A stretch of DNA of 64,000 nucleotides from an uncultured Gammaproteobacteria bacterium (GCA_905479875.1 CAJQOG010000060.1:3853-67852), one strand, 5' to 3'; counted from the stretch's first letter, positions 19,629-29,656 are shown. Notes: generated by a model not told the origin, from the sequence alone. Translations and numbers: made by a program.

Positions 19629-20043
19629 CTCGCTGGCTTTTCTTGATTTACGTTCTTCCCAAGCTCAGTCAAATTACTATAAATCATTGATATGCTTGAT
19701 ATTTTAAAAAAAAACCAAATTTAAAAATGAATAACCCAAGATATTACTTTAAAATTTTGTACAAAAATTACACTAACCCGAACTATAGATCAGCTGTTTA
19801 ATTCAGCAGCCAATAATAATTACCTGCCAAAACATATTTTTAAGCAACCTTTTTACCATATTAGTCTGTTCGAGCCAAGTTATTCAGGATGATTTTTACT
19901 AGATGTTCCAGTAAGTTATTTATACTTACCAAAGTTTTTTATGAAGTAAAATTAAAACCCAGCATAAACTAAGATGCAATTAAATTTTGTAAAAGCGGTC
20001 TGATTACAGATCAGACACTAGCATTTAAGGCCTTCAAAAAAAT

Positions 20044-21018
20044 ATGACTACAGCAAATTCGACAAAGAATCGTAAAATCGCATTTATCATGGATCCAATT
20101 GAGCAGGTCACGGCCTATAAAGATACAACTGTAGGTATGATATTTGCCGCTCAGAAAAAGGCCGATATTTTTTATATTACCCTCCCCAATGTATGGCTTG
20201 AGCAAGGCGTTGCCAGAGCAAATGTGCAGTCTTTAAAGCTTAACAATGATCAAGGTACTGATGATTGGTATGTACTAGGAAATTCCGTGGAAATGGATCT
20301 GGGCAGCTTTGATGCAATTTTAATGCGTAAAGACCCACCCTTTGATATGGAATACATTTATGCAACTTATATCTTAGATCGAGCTTCCGAAGCTGGCGCC
20401 TATGTAGCAAATAATCCCCAAAGCCTTAGAGACATTAATGAAAAAGCTTTCACCGCATGGTTCCCTGAACTTTGCCCACCAACATTAATTACTCGCAATA
20501 TGCGACGCATGATCGATTTTCAAGAACAGCATGGCAGCATTGTGGCTAAGCCTCTTGACGGCATGGGAGGCAAATCTATTTTTGTTGTGCACCCTAATGA
20601 CGGAAATCGACAGGTTGTGTTTGAAACGCTAACAGATAGCGGAAATAAATTTGCCATGGTGCAATCTTATATTCCTGCCATAACTGAAACTGGCGACCAG
20701 CGCGTCATTATCATTAATGGAGTTGCTGCACCTTACGCATTAGCACGGATTCCAAGCAAAGGCGAACACAGAGGCAACTTGGCTGCTGGCGGTAAAGGAA
20801 TTGGCGTACCACTCAGCGCTGCCGCACTTCGTATCGCCGAAATTGTTGGGCCAGAACTTAAAAAACGCGGAGTGCTTTTTGCAGGCCTAGATATTATTGG
20901 TGAGTACATGACTGAAATTAATGTCACCAGTCCAACAGGCATACGTGAACTCAATACTCAATTTGGCTTAAGCCTTGGCGATGATTACATCTCTACAGTA
21001 TTAGACCAATTAAACTAA
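20044..21018 (+). CDS. gshB: glutathione synthetase
   Basis: Prokaryotic GSH synthetase N-terminal domain and ATP-grasp motifs (LMRKDPPFD, AKPLDGMGG, GEHRGNLAAGG, GLDIIG..LTEINVTSPT). Confidence 0.9.
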   Translation: MTTANSTKNRKIAFIMDPIEQVTAYKDTTVGMIFAAQKKADIFYITLPNVWLEQGVARANVQSLKLNNDQGTDDWYVLGNSVEMDLGSFDAILMRKDPPFDMEYIYATYILDRASEAGAYVANNPQSLRDINEKAFTAWFPELCPPTLITRNMRRMIDFQEQHGSIVAKPLDGMGGKSIFVVHPNDGNRQVVFETLTDSGNKFAMVQSYIPAITETGDQRVIIINGVAAPYALARIPSKGEHRGNLAAGGKGIGVPLSAAALRIAEIVGPELKKRGVLFAGLDIIGEYMTEINVTSPTGIRELNTQFGLSLGDDYISTVLDQLN

Positions 21019-22137
21019 ATGATTCGTACTCTTACCACAATAAATAATAAACGGCATATATCTGGCATATTATTGCTGTTTATTCTTGTGATCTTGTCAG
21101 CTTGCAAACCTGAAGAAAAAAAATCTGAAGCAACAACATACAAGTTCGAGCGTTACACATTGGGTACTTACGTTCAACTGCAAGTTTATGCCAATAAAAC
21201 TCAAGCAAATAAATTTATAAGTCAATTTGATGTACTCAGTAAGCAAGATACCAAAGACTTATATGCATGGAACACAAACGGTTGGCTATCCTTTCAAAAC
21301 AGTTATTTAGTTAAAGCACAATGCGGCCTTCCTGTAGATGGTAAAACCTTGGCCTTGTTTAAAAAAATAAAAATATTACACAAACAAAGTAACGGCTTAT
21401 TTGATCCCACCGTTATGCCTCTCGTAGAATTATGGGGATTTCATAACTCTGAAGAAATGCGAGCATCACCTCCAACTGATAAAGAAATTAAAGATCTCAG
21501 AAACAAGTATGGAAAGATGCAAAATCTTGATGTACGCGATAAAACCATTTGTGCCACACAGCCCCTAAAAGTAGATCTGGGTGGTATTGCAAAAGGCTGG
21601 TTTGCTGAAAAAACGCTTAACTTATTAAATGCGAATAATATTAAAAATACTCTCATAGGTTTTGGTGGCGACTTAATAGCCCTCGGAGAAAAAGAAGATG
21701 GTTCAGCCTGGAAAGTTGGTTTAAAAAACCCTGATATTCATTGGGAGGGGTTTAATGCACCTGCACTTTTTAAGATTGAGAAAAATAGCAACAAAATTAC
21801 CGCAATTTTTACCTCAGGCGATTACGAACGACAATTTGAGCACCAAGGAAAACGTTTGCATCACATACTTGACCCTCGTACCGGATATCCCAATACCGAG
21901 GTGCGCAGTGTGACTGTGATGCACTCAGATCCTGTTTTAGCTGATGCCGCTGCCACTGCTTTACATGTGGCTGGAAAAGACTGGCAACGCATCGCACACC
22001 AAATGAATGTAAGTAAGGTATTAGTGCTGTTTCCAAACAAGCAAGCACAAATTACTGAATCATTGTCCAAGCTAACCACTTGGCTAGATGAGGATTACTC
22101 AGTTGAGATCATCACTCCTTCAAGTTCGACCAACTAA
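21019..22137 (+). CDS. apbE: FAD:protein FMN transferase (ApbE family lipoprotein)
   Basis: Lipobox LSAC and ApbE motifs (FDPTV, DLGGIAKG, TSGDYER, HHILDPRTG). The start codon abuts the gshB stop. Confidence 0.85.
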   Translation: MIRTLTTINNKRHISGILLLFILVILSACKPEEKKSEATTYKFERYTLGTYVQLQVYANKTQANKFISQFDVLSKQDTKDLYAWNTNGWLSFQNSYLVKAQCGLPVDGKTLALFKKIKILHKQSNGLFDPTVMPLVELWGFHNSEEMRASPPTDKEIKDLRNKYGKMQNLDVRDKTICATQPLKVDLGGIAKGWFAEKTLNLLNANNIKNTLIGFGGDLIALGEKEDGSAWKVGLKNPDIHWEGFNAPALFKIEKNSNKITAIFTSGDYERQFEHQGKRLHHILDPRTGYPNTEVRSVTVMHSDPVLADAAATALHVAGKDWQRIAHQMNVSKVLVLFPNKQAQITESLSKLTTWLDEDYSVEIITPSSSTN

Positions 22138-22202
22138 TTCTCGCGTTATACTGTATTAATATAAGCGAAAAATCCAATGATAAAATTTAATCAAACCCTA
22201 AT

Positions 22203-23075
22203 ATGCTGAATGATACAGACCGCTTAATGACTGCATTTTTTGTTGCCATACTTTTGCATGGAGTTCTAATTCTGGGAGTAACTTTTGAAGCCGATGTTTT
22301 TGACCGTCTTGGCAATGATCAACTTGAAGTAGTTTTAATTAACGGTCAAAGTGACGATCTAGAACCTAGCGATGCTCAATATTATGCTCAAGCAAATCAA
22401 CAAGGCTCGGGCAACACCGATGAGTTAGTAAGGGCATCTAGCAATCCCTCTCAAAATGATGCTATTAATAACCTTGGGCAAAAAAACCAACAAAATATTA
22501 CCAAGCGTGAGCTGGTGTCAGACGAAGCTATGCGTCAGTATCTTGCTGCAAGAAAATCCAATAAACGTAGCGCACTCATACAAGTGAAGCCCGATATTGC
22601 CGTTGCATCACAGCGTATGCAAGCTCGCTTAATGATGGTTGGCGAACAAATTTTAGCCCCTCAAGAAAATGCCGATGCAACCAATAGAATTACTGCTGAC
22701 AAAGAGAGAGAATTAGTAGTTTCGATCAATGCCAAAGAAATAAGTGTAGCCAACTATATTGGCGCATGGCGGAATAAAGTAGAACGAATCGGTAATCTTA
22801 ATTACCCTAAAGAGCTACTACAAAAAAATCGCAAACGTTCTCCGGTCTTAGATGTTTCAATTGCAAGAGACGGGTCTATTCGATCAGCGAAGATTGCACG
22901 AACCTCAGGTTCAGCAGCAACCGACCAAGCAGCACTGAGGATTTTGCGCTTGGCAGCACCGTATGATCCTTTTCCAGATGATTTAGCTGTTGGCAATGAT
23001 GCGCTAAGCTTCGTTTATCAATGGGATTTCACGACTGTTAAGAAAGTAAAAGGACGCGTCTTACTTGATAAATAG
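22203..23075 (+). CDS. TonB C-terminal-domain membrane protein (position equivalent to P. aeruginosa tonB3)
   Basis: N-terminal TM helix and a C-terminal TonB_C-like region (YPKELLQKNRKRSPVLDVSIARDGSIRSAKIARTSGSAATDQAALRILRLAAPYDPFP). Synteny gshB...yqgE. Confidence 0.65.
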   Translation: MLNDTDRLMTAFFVAILLHGVLILGVTFEADVFDRLGNDQLEVVLINGQSDDLEPSDAQYYAQANQQGSGNTDELVRASSNPSQNDAINNLGQKNQQNITKRELVSDEAMRQYLAARKSNKRSALIQVKPDIAVASQRMQARLMMVGEQILAPQENADATNRITADKERELVVSINAKEISVANYIGAWRNKVERIGNLNYPKELLQKNRKRSPVLDVSIARDGSIRSAKIARTSGSAATDQAALRILRLAAPYDPFPDDLAVGNDALSFVYQWDFTTVKKVKGRVLLDK

Positions 23076-23142
23076 CCTTCAAATGATTACCGTGAGCAAA
23101 TTCTCGGTTTAGTTCTTCTGCCACTTGAATGATAATGTCGCA

Positions 23143-23718
23143 ATGCAAGCACACTATCTCAATAACCACTTACTTATTGCCATGCCACAAATGCATGACG
23201 AAAGTTTTGAAAAAACCGTGACTCTAATTTGCGAACATAACGCCGAAGGAGCTTTAGGCATTGTTATTAATCGCCCACTATCAATTAATATTCGGGATAT
23301 TTTTGAGCAATTCGATTTGAACTGTGATGAAGGAATAGCAGAAGACCCTACGTTGATGGGTGGACCCGTTGCATCGGAACGTGGTTTTATCTTACATACC
23401 AATGAGAGCAAAGAAAATAAAACAAATCACTGGGATTCTAGCTTACAAGTTTCTGAAGATATCCAAGTAACTACATCACAAGATATTTTAGAAGCTATCG
23501 CTTCTGGTCATGGACCAAAAAAATTATACTTTGCACTTGGCTATTCCGGCTGGGAAGCGGGTCAACTTGAAGAAGAGCTTAGAGCAAATGCCTGGTTAGT
23601 TGCTCCGTTTAGTGAAGAGATACTTTTCTCTTTACCCTTTGAACAGAGATGGCATGCAGCAGCAAAATCAATTGGTGTTGACCTAAACAATTTAAGCACT
23701 GATTATGGACATGCATAG
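23143..23718 (+). CDS. yqgE: YqgE/AlgH family protein (UPF0301)
   Basis: Family hallmarks LLIAMPQMHDESFEKTVTLICEHN..GALGIVINRP. ATG at 23143 is preferred to the upstream TTG at 23125. Confidence 0.85.
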   Translation: MQAHYLNNHLLIAMPQMHDESFEKTVTLICEHNAEGALGIVINRPLSINIRDIFEQFDLNCDEGIAEDPTLMGGPVASERGFILHTNESKENKTNHWDSSLQVSEDIQVTTSQDILEAIASGHGPKKLYFALGYSGWEAGQLEEELRANAWLVAPFSEEILFSLPFEQRWHAAAKSIGVDLNNLSTDYGHA

Positions 23719-23729
23719 CTTCCATATTT

Positions 23730-24212
23730 ATGAATAAACCAATACAACAAATTATGGCTATAGATTTTGGGCTCAAGCGACTTGGTGTAGCTATTGCTAA
23801 TACTCTAACCAATAATGCAGAACCTTTAAAAACTTTGCATATTGAGGATGTAAAAACTATTCCTAAAAAACTGGAACAATTGATTAAAGAGTGGCAACCC
23901 CACAAGTTAGTCATGGGAATGCCGTATAATGTTGATGGTACCGAGGCCAAAATTGCAAAACAGATTCGTGCTTTTGCCTCTCTATTGGTTCAAGAAAGTA
24001 ATATTCCTCTTGAATATGTTGACGAAAGCTTCAGCTCTCACGAAGCTAGTCGTCAATTAAAACTCTTGAGGCAAAGCGGCGAGCGCAGTAAACGTGTAAT
24101 CAAAGGCGATTTAGATAAAGTGTCAGCGGCCATCATGCTACAACGCTGGCTTGATTCCGAAACACAAAGAAACGAGAAAGACTGCAAGCAACAAAACCTA
24201 TCCGAAGAATAA
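23730..24212 (+). CDS. ruvX: putative pre-16S rRNA nuclease / Holliday junction resolvase-like YqgF
   Basis: IMAIDFGLKRLGVA, PHKLVMGMPYNVDGTE, DESFSSHEA. Confidence 0.9.
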   Translation: MNKPIQQIMAIDFGLKRLGVAIANTLTNNAEPLKTLHIEDVKTIPKKLEQLIKEWQPHKLVMGMPYNVDGTEAKIAKQIRAFASLLVQESNIPLEYVDESFSSHEASRQLKLLRQSGERSKRVIKGDLDKVSAAIMLQRWLDSETQRNEKDCKQQNLSEE

Positions 24213-24225
24213 TTACAAATATTTT

Positions 24226-25143
24226 ATGTCTCACTTAAGTCAAATACACAATCTATCAAAATCTGATGTGCTGGAAATATTTTCACGTGCTGACAAATTA
24301 CGTACTATGCCCCCTGAAGAACGGGCATTACTACTGCAACATAAAATTTTAGCTAATGTGTTCTTTGAGCCAAGTACACGTACACGTTTATCTTTTGAAT
24401 CGGCGGCAAAGCAATTGGGCATGCATGTGCTCACCATGAACGAGAGTCAATCCTCACGTGTCAAAGGCGAGAGTTTTCTAGACACGCTGTTAACTCTTAA
24501 AGCCGTGGGCGCTGATGTTTTTGTGATTCGCACTAAAGACGAAAATATTTGCAGCGATATGGCAGAAAAAATGTCGCTATTGCATCCTGGCACTCACGTC
24601 ATTAATGCTGGCGGCGGCACACTAAACCATCCTACGCAAGGTTTATTAGATGTGTACAGCATGCTGCAACATAAACCAGAATTAAAAAATAGCAAAATTA
24701 TTATATGCGGTGACATTAAGCATTCGCGTGTAGCTCGTTCTACAACACAATGCCTAGCCGTATTGGGCATCCCGAATATACACCTAGTTGCACCAGAACA
24801 TTTGCTACCAAACCAGTCTGAATTTTCAAATTGCGTACTTTCTACTGATTTGGATAGCGCTGTTAGTGATGCTGACATCATTATGATGCTACGAATACAA
24901 AAAGAACGCATGCAACATACTGACATACCAAACCCTGAAAGTTACCAAGAAAATTTTGGCTTAACCACAATTCGCCTTAACAAGGCACAACCAGATGCCA
25001 TTGTTATGCATCCAGGCCCAATGAACCGCGGAGTGGAAATAAGCAGTGATGTAGCAGATGGAAAACAATCAATCATCGAAGAACAAGTAAACAACGGCTT
25101 GTATATTCGTATGGCGCTCTTTGATTTTTATTTAAACCCATAA
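24226..25143 (+). CDS. pyrB: aspartate carbamoyltransferase catalytic subunit
   Basis: FFEPSTRTRLSFE, HPTQGLLD, HPGPMNRG. ATG at 24226 was chosen; the 24151 ORF extension overlaps ruvX. Confidence 0.9.
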   Translation: MSHLSQIHNLSKSDVLEIFSRADKLRTMPPEERALLLQHKILANVFFEPSTRTRLSFESAAKQLGMHVLTMNESQSSRVKGESFLDTLLTLKAVGADVFVIRTKDENICSDMAEKMSLLHPGTHVINAGGGTLNHPTQGLLDVYSMLQHKPELKNSKIIICGDIKHSRVARSTTQCLAVLGIPNIHLVAPEHLLPNQSEFSNCVLSTDLDSAVSDADIIMMLRIQKERMQHTDIPNPESYQENFGLTTIRLNKAQPDAIVMHPGPMNRGVEISSDVADGKQSIIEEQVNNGLYIRMALFDFYLNP

Positions 25144-25169
25144 AATATATTTTAAAAATACAATCTACC

Positions 25170-26066
25170 ATGACAAACTCACAAAACAACAAAGCACATC
25201 GTAATCAAATTTTTCTTGAAGAAGCCACAGTTGTCAGTCAGGAAAAATGGCCAGGAGAGCAATTCATATTACGTGTCCATGCTCCTGAAACAGCACTGCG
25301 CGCTAAGGCAGGATCTTTCGCTCATTTAACTTGTGACCCAGCCGTTCCTATGCGAAGACCATTATCAATAATGCGTACCTCGCCTGAAGAAGGATGGGTA
25401 GATTTTCTTTATAAAATACACGGACATGGATTACATCATCTTAGTACACGAGATAAGGGTGATCAGATAAGTGTATTAGGACCTATTGGAAAAGGCTTTA
25501 CACTAAACAAGAATAAACCTCGACCTTTACTAATTGGCGGCGGAGTCGGAATTCCTCCCATGGTTTTTCTTGCAGAAAGCATTAAGGATGATAGCAATAA
25601 CAACTGGCAAACATTTTGCATAATGGGTTCGGAAATTCCTTTTCCGTTTGAAGTTATACAATCAAAATTACCAGCAAATGGGTTAGAGGATAACATCAAC
25701 GGCTCCCACCCACTGCTTGAAGCTTGGGGCATTCCTACACGCCTTGCATCATGGCAAGGCTATGAAAAATGTCATAAAGGTTTTGTAACTGATGTTGCTG
25801 ACATGTATCTCAGTCAATTAAGCGTAGGTGAATTACAAGAAATTGAAATATTCAGTTGTGGTCCTACGCCAATGCTAAAAGCAGTTGCAGCTTTAGCCAA
25901 AAAATATGCAGTCGCATGCCAAGTTTCTTTAGAAGAATACATGGCCTGTGCAGTTGGTGGTTGTGCAGGTTGTACAGTACCAGTACAAACATCCGATGGC
26001 ATTGAAATGCAGCGCGTATGTGTGGATGGTCCAGTATTTGATGCTTATGCAGTTTATCCACAATAA
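25170..26066 (+). CDS. PyrK-like dihydroorotate dehydrogenase electron-transfer subunit (FNR-like FAD/NAD domain plus C-terminal 2Fe-2S)
   Basis: RPLSIM flavin motif, GGGVGIPP nucleotide motif, and C-terminal cluster MACAVGGCAGCTVP...RVCVDGPVF. Confidence 0.75.
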   Translation: MTNSQNNKAHRNQIFLEEATVVSQEKWPGEQFILRVHAPETALRAKAGSFAHLTCDPAVPMRRPLSIMRTSPEEGWVDFLYKIHGHGLHHLSTRDKGDQISVLGPIGKGFTLNKNKPRPLLIGGGVGIPPMVFLAESIKDDSNNNWQTFCIMGSEIPFPFEVIQSKLPANGLEDNINGSHPLLEAWGIPTRLASWQGYEKCHKGFVTDVADMYLSQLSVGELQEIEIFSCGPTPMLKAVAALAKKYAVACQVSLEEYMACAVGGCAGCTVPVQTSDGIEMQRVCVDGPVFDAYAVYPQ

Positions 26067-26088
26067 ACCTTATGGAATAATCTCGCAC

Positions 26089-26120
26089 AAAAAAGCCGAA
26101 GATAAACTTCGGCTTTTTTA
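26089..26120. terminator. bidirectional rho-independent terminator between the pyrK-like and pilU-like genes
   Basis: AAAAGCCGAAG / CTTCGGCTTTT stem flanked by an A-run and a T-run. Confidence 0.7.
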
Positions 26121-26146
26121 TTTGTGCATTCTTTAGTTATTAATTT

Positions 26147-27202
26147 TCAACCAAAGTTTATACGCGCCTCTAAATCAGCTTTTGAATCAGCATTAATTAG
26201 TGCTTGCTCCATACTCACTTTGCCTGAATTATAGAGATTAAATAATGCCGTATCATAACTCTGCATACCGCCCTCGGCCGTGGATCTTAAGCCTTCTTTT
26301 ACACCTGATATATCACCTTTATGAATCATGTCGCGAATATGAGGGGTATTAATTAACAACTCTACAGCTGCGCAGCGTTTTCCATCTTTCATAATAACTA
26401 AGCGTTGAGAAATAATCGCGTTTAGGTATTGTGACAAATCAGTAAAAATCTGATGATGACGCTCTTGCGGGAACATATTAATAATACGATCTAAGGTTTC
26501 TGCTGCATTATTTGCATGCAATGTGGCTACCGTGAGATGACCTGTGCCAGCTAAGGTTAAAGCAGACTCCATGGTTTCAGCATCACGAATTTCGCCAATT
26601 AATATTACATCCGGAGCTTCGCGAACCGCACTACGTAGTGCGTTATGATAACTGTGCGTATCACTGCCAAGTTCTCGCTGATTCACAATTGAGCGCTTAC
26701 TTTTATGCAAAAACTCAATCGGGTCTTCAATCGTTAAAATATGGCTTGAGGTTTTTTCGTTACGACTATCAATCATCGCAGCCAAGGTTGTAGATTTACC
26801 TGATCCAGTAGCTCCAACCATCAGTACTAACCCGCGTTTATCCATAATCAGATCGCCAACTTTTTCTGGTAAATCCAAGTCTTCTAATCTCGGCGTTTCT
26901 GGTGAGATGAAACGTAAAACCAAAGCGATACTACTGCGTTGATGAAAAACATTTACTCGAAAACGTCCTAAACCTGATTCAGAGATAGCAAAATCAACCT
27001 CAAGGTTTTCAATCAAAGCTTCTTTTTCTGATTGAGTCATGATTGACATAGCTGCAGCTTTAACTGATGCCACATCCAATATCGTGTTGTTTACTGCACG
27101 AATCACCCCATCTATCTTAATTTTAATCGGTGAAAATGGGCTTAGAAATAAATCGGATGCTTTTTTCTCGGCCATTATTTTCAGCAAGGGTTTAATATTC
27201 AT
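26147..27202 (-). CDS. PilT/PilU-family type IV pilus retraction ATPase, second PilU-like paralogue
   Basis: Walker A GATGSGKST, Asp box, Walker B, His box (ATLHANNAAETLDRI). The C-terminus is of PilU type and lacks AIRNLIRE. Confidence 0.8.
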   Translation of the reverse strand: MNIKPLLKIMAEKKASDLFLSPFSPIKIKIDGVIRAVNNTILDVASVKAAAMSIMTQSEKEALIENLEVDFAISESGLGRFRVNVFHQRSSIALVLRFISPETPRLEDLDLPEKVGDLIMDKRGLVLMVGATGSGKSTTLAAMIDSRNEKTSSHILTIEDPIEFLHKSKRSIVNQRELGSDTHSYHNALRSAVREAPDVILIGEIRDAETMESALTLAGTGHLTVATLHANNAAETLDRIINMFPQERHHQIFTDLSQYLNAIISQRLVIMKDGKRCAAVELLINTPHIRDMIHKGDISGVKEGLRSTAEGGMQSYDTALFNLYNSGKVSMEQALINADSKADLEARINFG

Positions 27203-27240
27203 GCAGTGTTTTCCTAAAAGTATATTTTGAGTCTAAAAAA

Positions 27241-28392
27241 TTAAAATCTATCGTCTGGATCATTAAGTAACTCTAAGCTAGTTGATGTTTCAGCAACTTT
27301 GTCGGAGCGTTTACTATCTAACTTAACTCTCAAACGTAATTCATTTCGCGAATCGGCATTTCGCAATGCATCCTCATAGCTAATACTGCCATCTTCATAC
27401 AAATCAAATAAGGCCTGATCAAAAGTTTGCATACCCATGCGCGTCGACTTCGCCATAGTTTCTTTAAGCAAGTTTACTTCGCCTTTAAAAATCAAATCAG
27501 CAACTAGTGGAGAGTGAAGTAATATTTCCATTGCGGCCAATCTGCCTTTCCCAGAGGCCCTTGGTATTAAACGCTGTGAAATAAGTGCTTTTAAATTTAA
27601 AGATAAATCCATTAACAATTGATCACGTCGCTCCTCAGGGAAAAAGTTAATAATACGATCAATAGCCTGGTTCGAGTTGTTCGCATGTAAAGTTGCCAAA
27701 CAGAGATGTCCAGTTTCAGCAAATTGAACCGCATATTCCATAGTTTCTCTACTACGAATTTCTCCCATTAAAATAACATCTGGAGCTTGACGTAATGTAT
27801 TCATCAATGCCACTTCCCACGAGTCGGTATCTACTCCAACTTCCCGTTGTGTCATTACACAGTTTTGATGTCTGTGTACAAATTCAATTGGATCTTCGAT
27901 GGTAATGATATGGCCATTTGAATTTTTATTTCTGTGGTCAAGCATTGCTGCAAGTGAGGTTGATTTACCAGAACCTGTAGCACCAACAATAATGACTAGA
28001 CCACGTTTTTGCAGAACCACATCTTTTAATACAGGAGGTAGTCCTAATTTATCAAACTCAGGAATGTCTGTTGTAATTGTACGTAATACAGCGCCCATGT
28101 GGCTTTGTTGTACAAAAGCATTAACCCTGAAACGGCCAATTCCACGCGGGCTAATAGCAAAGTTACACTCTTTTGTACTATCAAATGCCTTGGTTTGTTT
28201 GTCGTTCATAATTGAACGCACAATCACGCTAGCTTGCAATGGTGTTAATGGCTTATCCGATACTGGACGTACTTCACCATCTACCTTGAAAGCTGGCGGA
28301 AAACCTGCTGTGATAAATAAATCAGAACCATTTTTTGCTACCATTGCACGCAATAAATCTTGCATGAATTTTATTGCTTGATCTCTTTCCAT
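27241..28392 (-). CDS. pilU: type IV pilus ATPase PilU
   Basis: GATGSGKST, TLHANNSNQAIDRIINFFP, and a PilU-type C-terminus. Directly downstream of pilT. Confidence 0.85.
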   Translation of the reverse strand: MERDQAIKFMQDLLRAMVAKNGSDLFITAGFPPAFKVDGEVRPVSDKPLTPLQASVIVRSIMNDKQTKAFDSTKECNFAISPRGIGRFRVNAFVQQSHMGAVLRTITTDIPEFDKLGLPPVLKDVVLQKRGLVIIVGATGSGKSTSLAAMLDHRNKNSNGHIITIEDPIEFVHRHQNCVMTQREVGVDTDSWEVALMNTLRQAPDVILMGEIRSRETMEYAVQFAETGHLCLATLHANNSNQAIDRIINFFPEERRDQLLMDLSLNLKALISQRLIPRASGKGRLAAMEILLHSPLVADLIFKGEVNLLKETMAKSTRMGMQTFDQALFDLYEDGSISYEDALRNADSRNELRLRVKLDSKRSDKVAETSTSLELLNDPDDRF

Positions 28393-28447
28393 TTCTTATA
28401 AACTCTTATATTTAAAACATTTAATCGAATTACTTGTACATTGCTCT

Positions 28448-29488
28448 TTAGAACAATTCTTTTTGCTTAGCGCGATAACGTGCATCTTGACGAGATATTT
28501 GACCTCGTTTGACCATATTTTGTAAGCACTGATCAAGAGTTTGCATGCCCTCAGATTGACCAGTCTGGATGGCCGAATACATTTGTGCAATTTTACCTTC
28601 ACGAATAAGATTTCGAATCGCTGCTGTACCAATCATAATTTCATGCGCAGCAATTCTACCTCCACCAATTTTTTTAAGTAAGGTTTGTGAAATAACCGCA
28701 CGTAATGACTCAGAGAGCATAGATCTAACCATCTCCTTTTCTGCGGCAGGAAAAACATCCACAATACGATCAATAGTTTTTGCCGCTGAGGTTGTGTGCA
28801 AAGTGCCGAATACTAAATGACCAGTTTCTGCTGCAGTAAGCGCTAGGCGTATCGTTTCTAAATCACGCATCTCACCAACTAAAATCACATCGGGATCTTC
28901 TCGTAAAGCCGAGCGTAATGCCTCGTTGAACCCAAGGGTATCGCGATGTACTTCACGTTGGTTAATTAGGCATTTTTTACTTTCATGCACAAATTCAATT
29001 GGATCTTCAATGGTTAAAATATGATGCGGCTTGGATTCATTAATATAATTAACCATAGCGGCTAATGTTGTAGATTTGCCCGAACCTGTAGGCCCCGTCA
29101 CTAAAACGATACCGCGAGGCTGATCTGCAATGTCCATAAATGACGCAGGAGCAGCGATATCTTCAAGGGTAAGCACTTTTGAAGGAATCGTACGGAAGAC
29201 TGCTGAAGCTCCTCGGTTTTGGTTAAACGCATTCACACGAAAACGAGCAAGGTCTGGTATTTCGAAAGAAAAATCCGTTTCTAAAAACTCTTCATAATCT
29301 TTGCGTTGCTTGTCATTCATGATGTCATAAATCATGGTATGCACATCTTTATGGGATAATGAATCCATATTAAGACGTTTTATATCACCGTCAACACGAA
29401 TCATTGGCGGTAAACCACCTGCTAAATGTAAATCAGATGCATTGTTTTTCACACTAAATGTTAAAAGCTGTGCAATATCAACCGGCAT
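28448..29488 (-). CDS. pilT: type IV pilus twitching motility ATPase PilT
   Basis: ASDLHLAGGLPPMIRVDG, GPTGSGKSTT, TLHTTSAAKTIDRIVDVFP, and the PilT-specific AIRNLIREGK. Confidence 0.9.
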   Translation of the reverse strand: MPVDIAQLLTFSVKNNASDLHLAGGLPPMIRVDGDIKRLNMDSLSHKDVHTMIYDIMNDKQRKDYEEFLETDFSFEIPDLARFRVNAFNQNRGASAVFRTIPSKVLTLEDIAAPASFMDIADQPRGIVLVTGPTGSGKSTTLAAMVNYINESKPHHILTIEDPIEFVHESKKCLINQREVHRDTLGFNEALRSALREDPDVILVGEMRDLETIRLALTAAETGHLVFGTLHTTSAAKTIDRIVDVFPAAEKEMVRSMLSESLRAVISQTLLKKIGGGRIAAHEIMIGTAAIRNLIREGKIAQMYSAIQTGQSEGMQTLDQCLQNMVKRGQISRQDARYRAKQKELF

Positions 29489-29656
29489 GAGATAATCCTT
29501 ATTTGTATGTTTTTTAAATCAGCTTGCTTAGCCTAGAGTTTTTTTAATTAGATTAGTGACTTACTCGTCAATGAACTTGGCACAAATCAACCCGAACCTT
29601 TAGTATAGCGTACCAAATCGGTAAAACCGAAGTCCAATATTCACTAATTTACCAAA

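Noticed and set aside
19629-20043. The long (415 nt) pilG-gshB divergent intergenic region, including the hairpin GTCTGAT-TACAG-ATCAGAC near 19998-20016, considered as a possible sRNA or riboswitch.
   Set aside because: There is no terminator, no conserved riboswitch boxes and no GGA clustering. It is most simply two divergent promoters with regulator sites, and I cannot support more from sequence alone.
28396-28632. 78-aa minus-strand ORF overlapping the 3' end of pilT in another frame and filling the pilT-pilU spacer.
   Set aside because: Most of it overlaps the conserved pilT C-terminus, and it has no independent signals.
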